This document shows positions 43,903-46,553 of a stretch of DNA of 46,553 bases, in pieces. The notes beneath the pieces are model-generated. The model was given only the letters and a program-made list of their open reading frames with translations. It was not told the DNA's origin and did not search any database. A program made the position numbers and the translations under genes. Positions within the stretch are counted from its first letter, which is position 1. Each line of letters begins with the position of its first letter. This DNA is from Thermoflexales bacterium (lineage in GTDB: Bacteria > Chloroflexota > Anaerolineae > Fen-1058): the NCBI GenBank assembly GCA_030834825.1, contig JAUQXC010000940.1:1-46553 (forward strand), written 5' to 3'.

Positions 43903-46553
43903 ATGCGAATCCGACACTTAGTGGGTGCGATTGTGTTAGGCAGCACGCTAACCTTGAGCTTGCTAGGCGCGCTCACCGTGACCTCTGCTACAGTCCGGGC
44001 CGCCCCGGGCATCGTCTATGCCGCCCAAGATTGCACGGGTGTTTCCACACCGTGCTATACCCTCATCCAGGATGCGGTCGCTGCGGCCCTGCCGGGCGAT
44101 ACGATCCGCGTCTTACAGGGCACTTATCTCGAAACGGTATTGATCACCAAAAGCCTCACGTTGGAAGGCGGTTGGAGCGCGAACGCCCTCTATCGCGACT
44201 GGAACGTCTACACCACAACGATCGATGCGCAACGGGCCGGGGCGGTCATTCAGGCCGACGGCCAAATTTCGCCCACCATCGAGGGCTTCATTCTCACCGG
44301 CGGTGATGCGAGCACACCTCTGGGTTGGGGCGGCGGCATTCTGATCCACGGCGATTGGGGCGGACCGGGTCTGGCCATCATCCGGCACAACGTGATCACA
44401 AACAATGTGGCCTGTTCTCTTCCTGCTTCGTGCCAGGGTTATGGCGGCGGCATCATGGTCTACAGCAGTCAATCGATCATTGAGCACAACACCGTGATCA
44501 GCAACCTGGCCAGCGTGAACGGAAATCTGGGCGGTCAAGGCGGTGGCATTGCGATCTGGGGCAATCCCGGCGATTCAACCATCGCGCACAACATCATCGT
44601 CAGCAACACGGCGCTGTTGTCCACAACCTCGGCCCTGGTGGATGGACAAGGCGGTGGTATCTGGAGTGATCAAACTGATGTGATAATCGTGGATAACGAG
44701 ATTCGCGGAAATATCGCGGCGGTCAGGGGCGAGGGTCGTGGCGGCGGCGTCTATGCTGGTGGCAAGTTGTACGACAATCGCATTCTCAGCAACACGGCCA
44801 GCATCACCAACGGTACCGGTTATGGTGGCGGCGTGTATGCTCACTATGTCACCGATTTCGGCAACAACCGCGTGCAGGGCAATCTCGCCAGTTCGCAGGG
44901 AAATGGCAGTGGCGGCGGGATTTATGCGCTCTATCTCCACCCAGCGCAGCACAATGAAATTGTGGAGAACATGGCGAGACGCGGCGGCGGTGTGTATTTT
45001 CGGACCTACCCCCACGTTCAGTTGTTTAGCGACAACCTGGTCACTGGTAATCGAGCCACTGGCACGACGTTCGGCACCTGGGATGGCGGCAGCGGGATCG
45101 CCAGCGAAGCCGATCGGGTGGAAATCCGCCGTAACAACATCTTCAGCAACACAGGCGCTTACATGGGTGGGGGTATATTGCTTACAGGGGGCAGTCGTTA
45201 TCAACTGGAAGATAATCACATCGCCGGGAATGGAGCCTGGTTTGGGGGCGGCATCTTTGTCTACTCTTCAACCGGTTCGATCGCCCACAATCTGATCCTC
45301 AGTAATGCCAGCAGCAATGCCGGCGGCGGCCTTTACCTCTACACCGATGCCGGGCCGACGCTGGACAGCAACCTGGTGCAGAGCAATACCAGCCCATGGG
45401 GCGGAGGAATGTATATTTACACCCAGGGAGCTACGCCGGTAACGCTGACCAATCACCTCATTGCCTGGAATAGCGTCACTTCAGGGGGAGGTGGAATATA
45501 CGTCGGCAACAGCAGCGGTGTGCGCCTGTTCAATAACACACTGGTTGACAACAATCGAGGCAGCCGAAAAGAAGGGGTGTTATTGGGCAGCGCTCGAGTC
45601 ACTATGACGAACAACGTGATTGTCGGCCACAATGTGGCCATCAGCGTGGCTGTCGGCTCGACGGCGGTGCTGACGCGCAACGCTTACTGGGATAACACGA
45701 TCGGCGTCTTGGGGCAGCTCAGCGGCACGACGGATCTGACGCTCGATCCCTGGTTCGAAGATCGCGCGGCGGGTGACTATCACCTGTCACTCAATTCACC
45801 CGTGATCGATCAGGGCGACAACAGTGTGAACGTGCCCTACGACTTCGAAGACGATCCACGTCCGCGCGGCAGCGCGATCGACGTTGGAGCGGACGAAGCC
45901 TATCGGAGCGAGAGCTACGTTAGTCAGATCACAGGCAGCGATCTGACTGGCGACGGCTCGTCGGGCAGTCCCTTCGCCACGGTGACACGCGGCATCACCG
46001 AAACGCGCACAGGCGGCACAGTCTACGTTGGGCGCGGCAGCTATACCGAGCGCATCACGATCACACGTGGCGTCAACTTGCTGGGCGGTTATCGTGAGAC
46101 CGATTGGGGCCGTGACATTGACGCGTATGATACGACCCTCGACGCCGGGCGAACGGGCACGGTCGTGATCATTGCGGGCGAAAACGTGCAGGCCACCGTG
46201 GAAGGCTTCATCATCACCGGCGGCGAGGCCAGCGTGTATGGCTTGGGTGGTGGCTTCGCGATCTTCGAGGGCGCTGAGGCGATTGTGCGAGCCAATACGA
46301 TCATGGGCAATCATGCCTCCAACGGCGGCGGCGGGATCATGTTCTGGGGAGACGAGAACACGGCCAGCGTGGTGGATTCCAACCGGATTTACAACAACGT
46401 GGCCGATGGCGTGTCTGCGCCCAGACCAGCAGCGCTATCACCGCAAAGCCCGCAACAGGGACCGGAGCCGGGCGGCGGGCTGTTGGTCGTCGGCGCGGCG
46501 CAGGTGATAAACAACTGGGTTTACAGCAATACTTCTGGTCTGGCAGGCGATGG
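43903..46553 (+). CDS. Secreted right-handed parallel beta-helix repeat protein, 5' partial (more than 883 codons; continues past the window end)
   Basis: Absent from the ORF track because no stop lies in the window. The ATG at 43903 follows AGGAGGA. Signal peptide MRIRHLVGAIVLGSTLTLSLLGALTVTSATVRA. Dozens of GGGI(Y/W)/N.I..N beta-helix rungs. The DPRPRGSAIDVGADE motif closes the first module. Confidence 0.8.
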   Translation, partial: MRIRHLVGAIVLGSTLTLSLLGALTVTSATVRAAPGIVYAAQDCTGVSTPCYTLIQDAVAAALPGDTIRVLQGTYLETVLITKSLTLEGGWSANALYRDWNVYTTTIDAQRAGAVIQADGQISPTIEGFILTGGDASTPLGWGGGILIHGDWGGPGLAIIRHNVITNNVACSLPASCQGYGGGIMVYSSQSIIEHNTVISNLASVNGNLGGQGGGIAIWGNPGDSTIAHNIIVSNTALLSTTSALVDGQGGGIWSDQTDVIIVDNEIRGNIAAVRGEGRGGGVYAGGKLYDNRILSNTASITNGTGYGGGVYAHYVTDFGNNRVQGNLASSQGNGSGGGIYALYLHPAQHNEIVENMARRGGGVYFRTYPHVQLFSDNLVTGNRATGTTFGTWDGGSGIASEADRVEIRRNNIFSNTGAYMGGGILLTGGSRYQLEDNHIAGNGAWFGGGIFVYSSTGSIAHNLILSNASSNAGGGLYLYTDAGPTLDSNLVQSNTSPWGGGMYIYTQGATPVTLTNHLIAWNSVTSGGGGIYVGNSSGVRLFNNTLVDNNRGSRKEGVLLGSARVTMTNNVIVGHNVAISVAVGSTAVLTRNAYWDNTIGVLGQLSGTTDLTLDPWFEDRAAGDYHLSLNSPVIDQGDNSVNVPYDFEDDPRPRGSAIDVGADEAYRSESYVSQITGSDLTGDGSSGSPFATVTRGITETRTGGTVYVGRGSYTERITITRGVNLLGGYRETDWGRDIDAYDTTLDAGRTGTVVIIAGENVQATVEGFIITGGEASVYGLGGGFAIFEGAEAIVRANTIMGNHASNGGGGIMFWGDENTASVVDSNRIYNNVADGVSAPRPAALSPQSPQQGPEPGGGLLVVGAAQVINNWVYSNTSGLAGD

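Overview
The window is about 46.5 kb of high-GC (roughly 58-60% by eye) bacterial chromosome. It is densely coded, with about 50 protein genes. I saw no rRNA, tRNA, CRISPR array, prophage or transposase gene. Taxon cannot be assigned from sequence alone.

Main blocks, left to right:
1. A glycyl-radical enzyme (truncated at the window start) with its activase, a TetR regulator and a GH13 glycosidase. Two near-identical TGTACC-N4-GGTACA operators link these genes.
2. A lower-GC accessory patch: a Clp-fold SDH-type protease, an SRPBCC protein, and an ANT(6)-type aminoglycoside nucleotidyltransferase bracketed by two paralogous small membrane-protein genes.
3. A carboxy(nor)spermidine/saccharopine dehydrogenase-like gene.
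4. A 10-gene minus-strand operon (8865-17474) encoding a complex-I-like, group-4 [NiFe]-hydrogenase-type membrane complex. Its gene order is J-K-L-M/N-A-B-C-D-H-I. The NuoD-like subunit keeps both Ni-Fe CxxC motifs, and the NuoC-like subunit carries an unusual HAD-like N-terminal domain. I consider this the most interesting system in the window.
5. A TetR/ABC-2 exporter operon interrupted by PfkB kinase and deazaflavin-nitroreductase genes.
6. An ECF sigma factor followed by Ogt.
7. A run of amino-acid exporter and regulator genes (Lrp, EamA, AzlCD, LysE), then Tag, a GH3 beta-glucosidase and an aldo/keto reductase.
8. A low-GC orphan gene.
9. A cysteine-desulfurase-like, RidA, cupin and ACT cluster, followed by GlgX.
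10. An Lrp, homoserine dehydrogenase and tyrosine phenol-lyase-like operon, then a PNPOx-family gene.
11. A large secreted beta-helix protein that runs off the window end.

Intergenic DNA carries several small repeat families. One is a MITE present twice, with 11-bp terminal inverted repeats and perfect 8-bp target-site duplications.

All functional calls come from motif recognition by eye. No database search was run.
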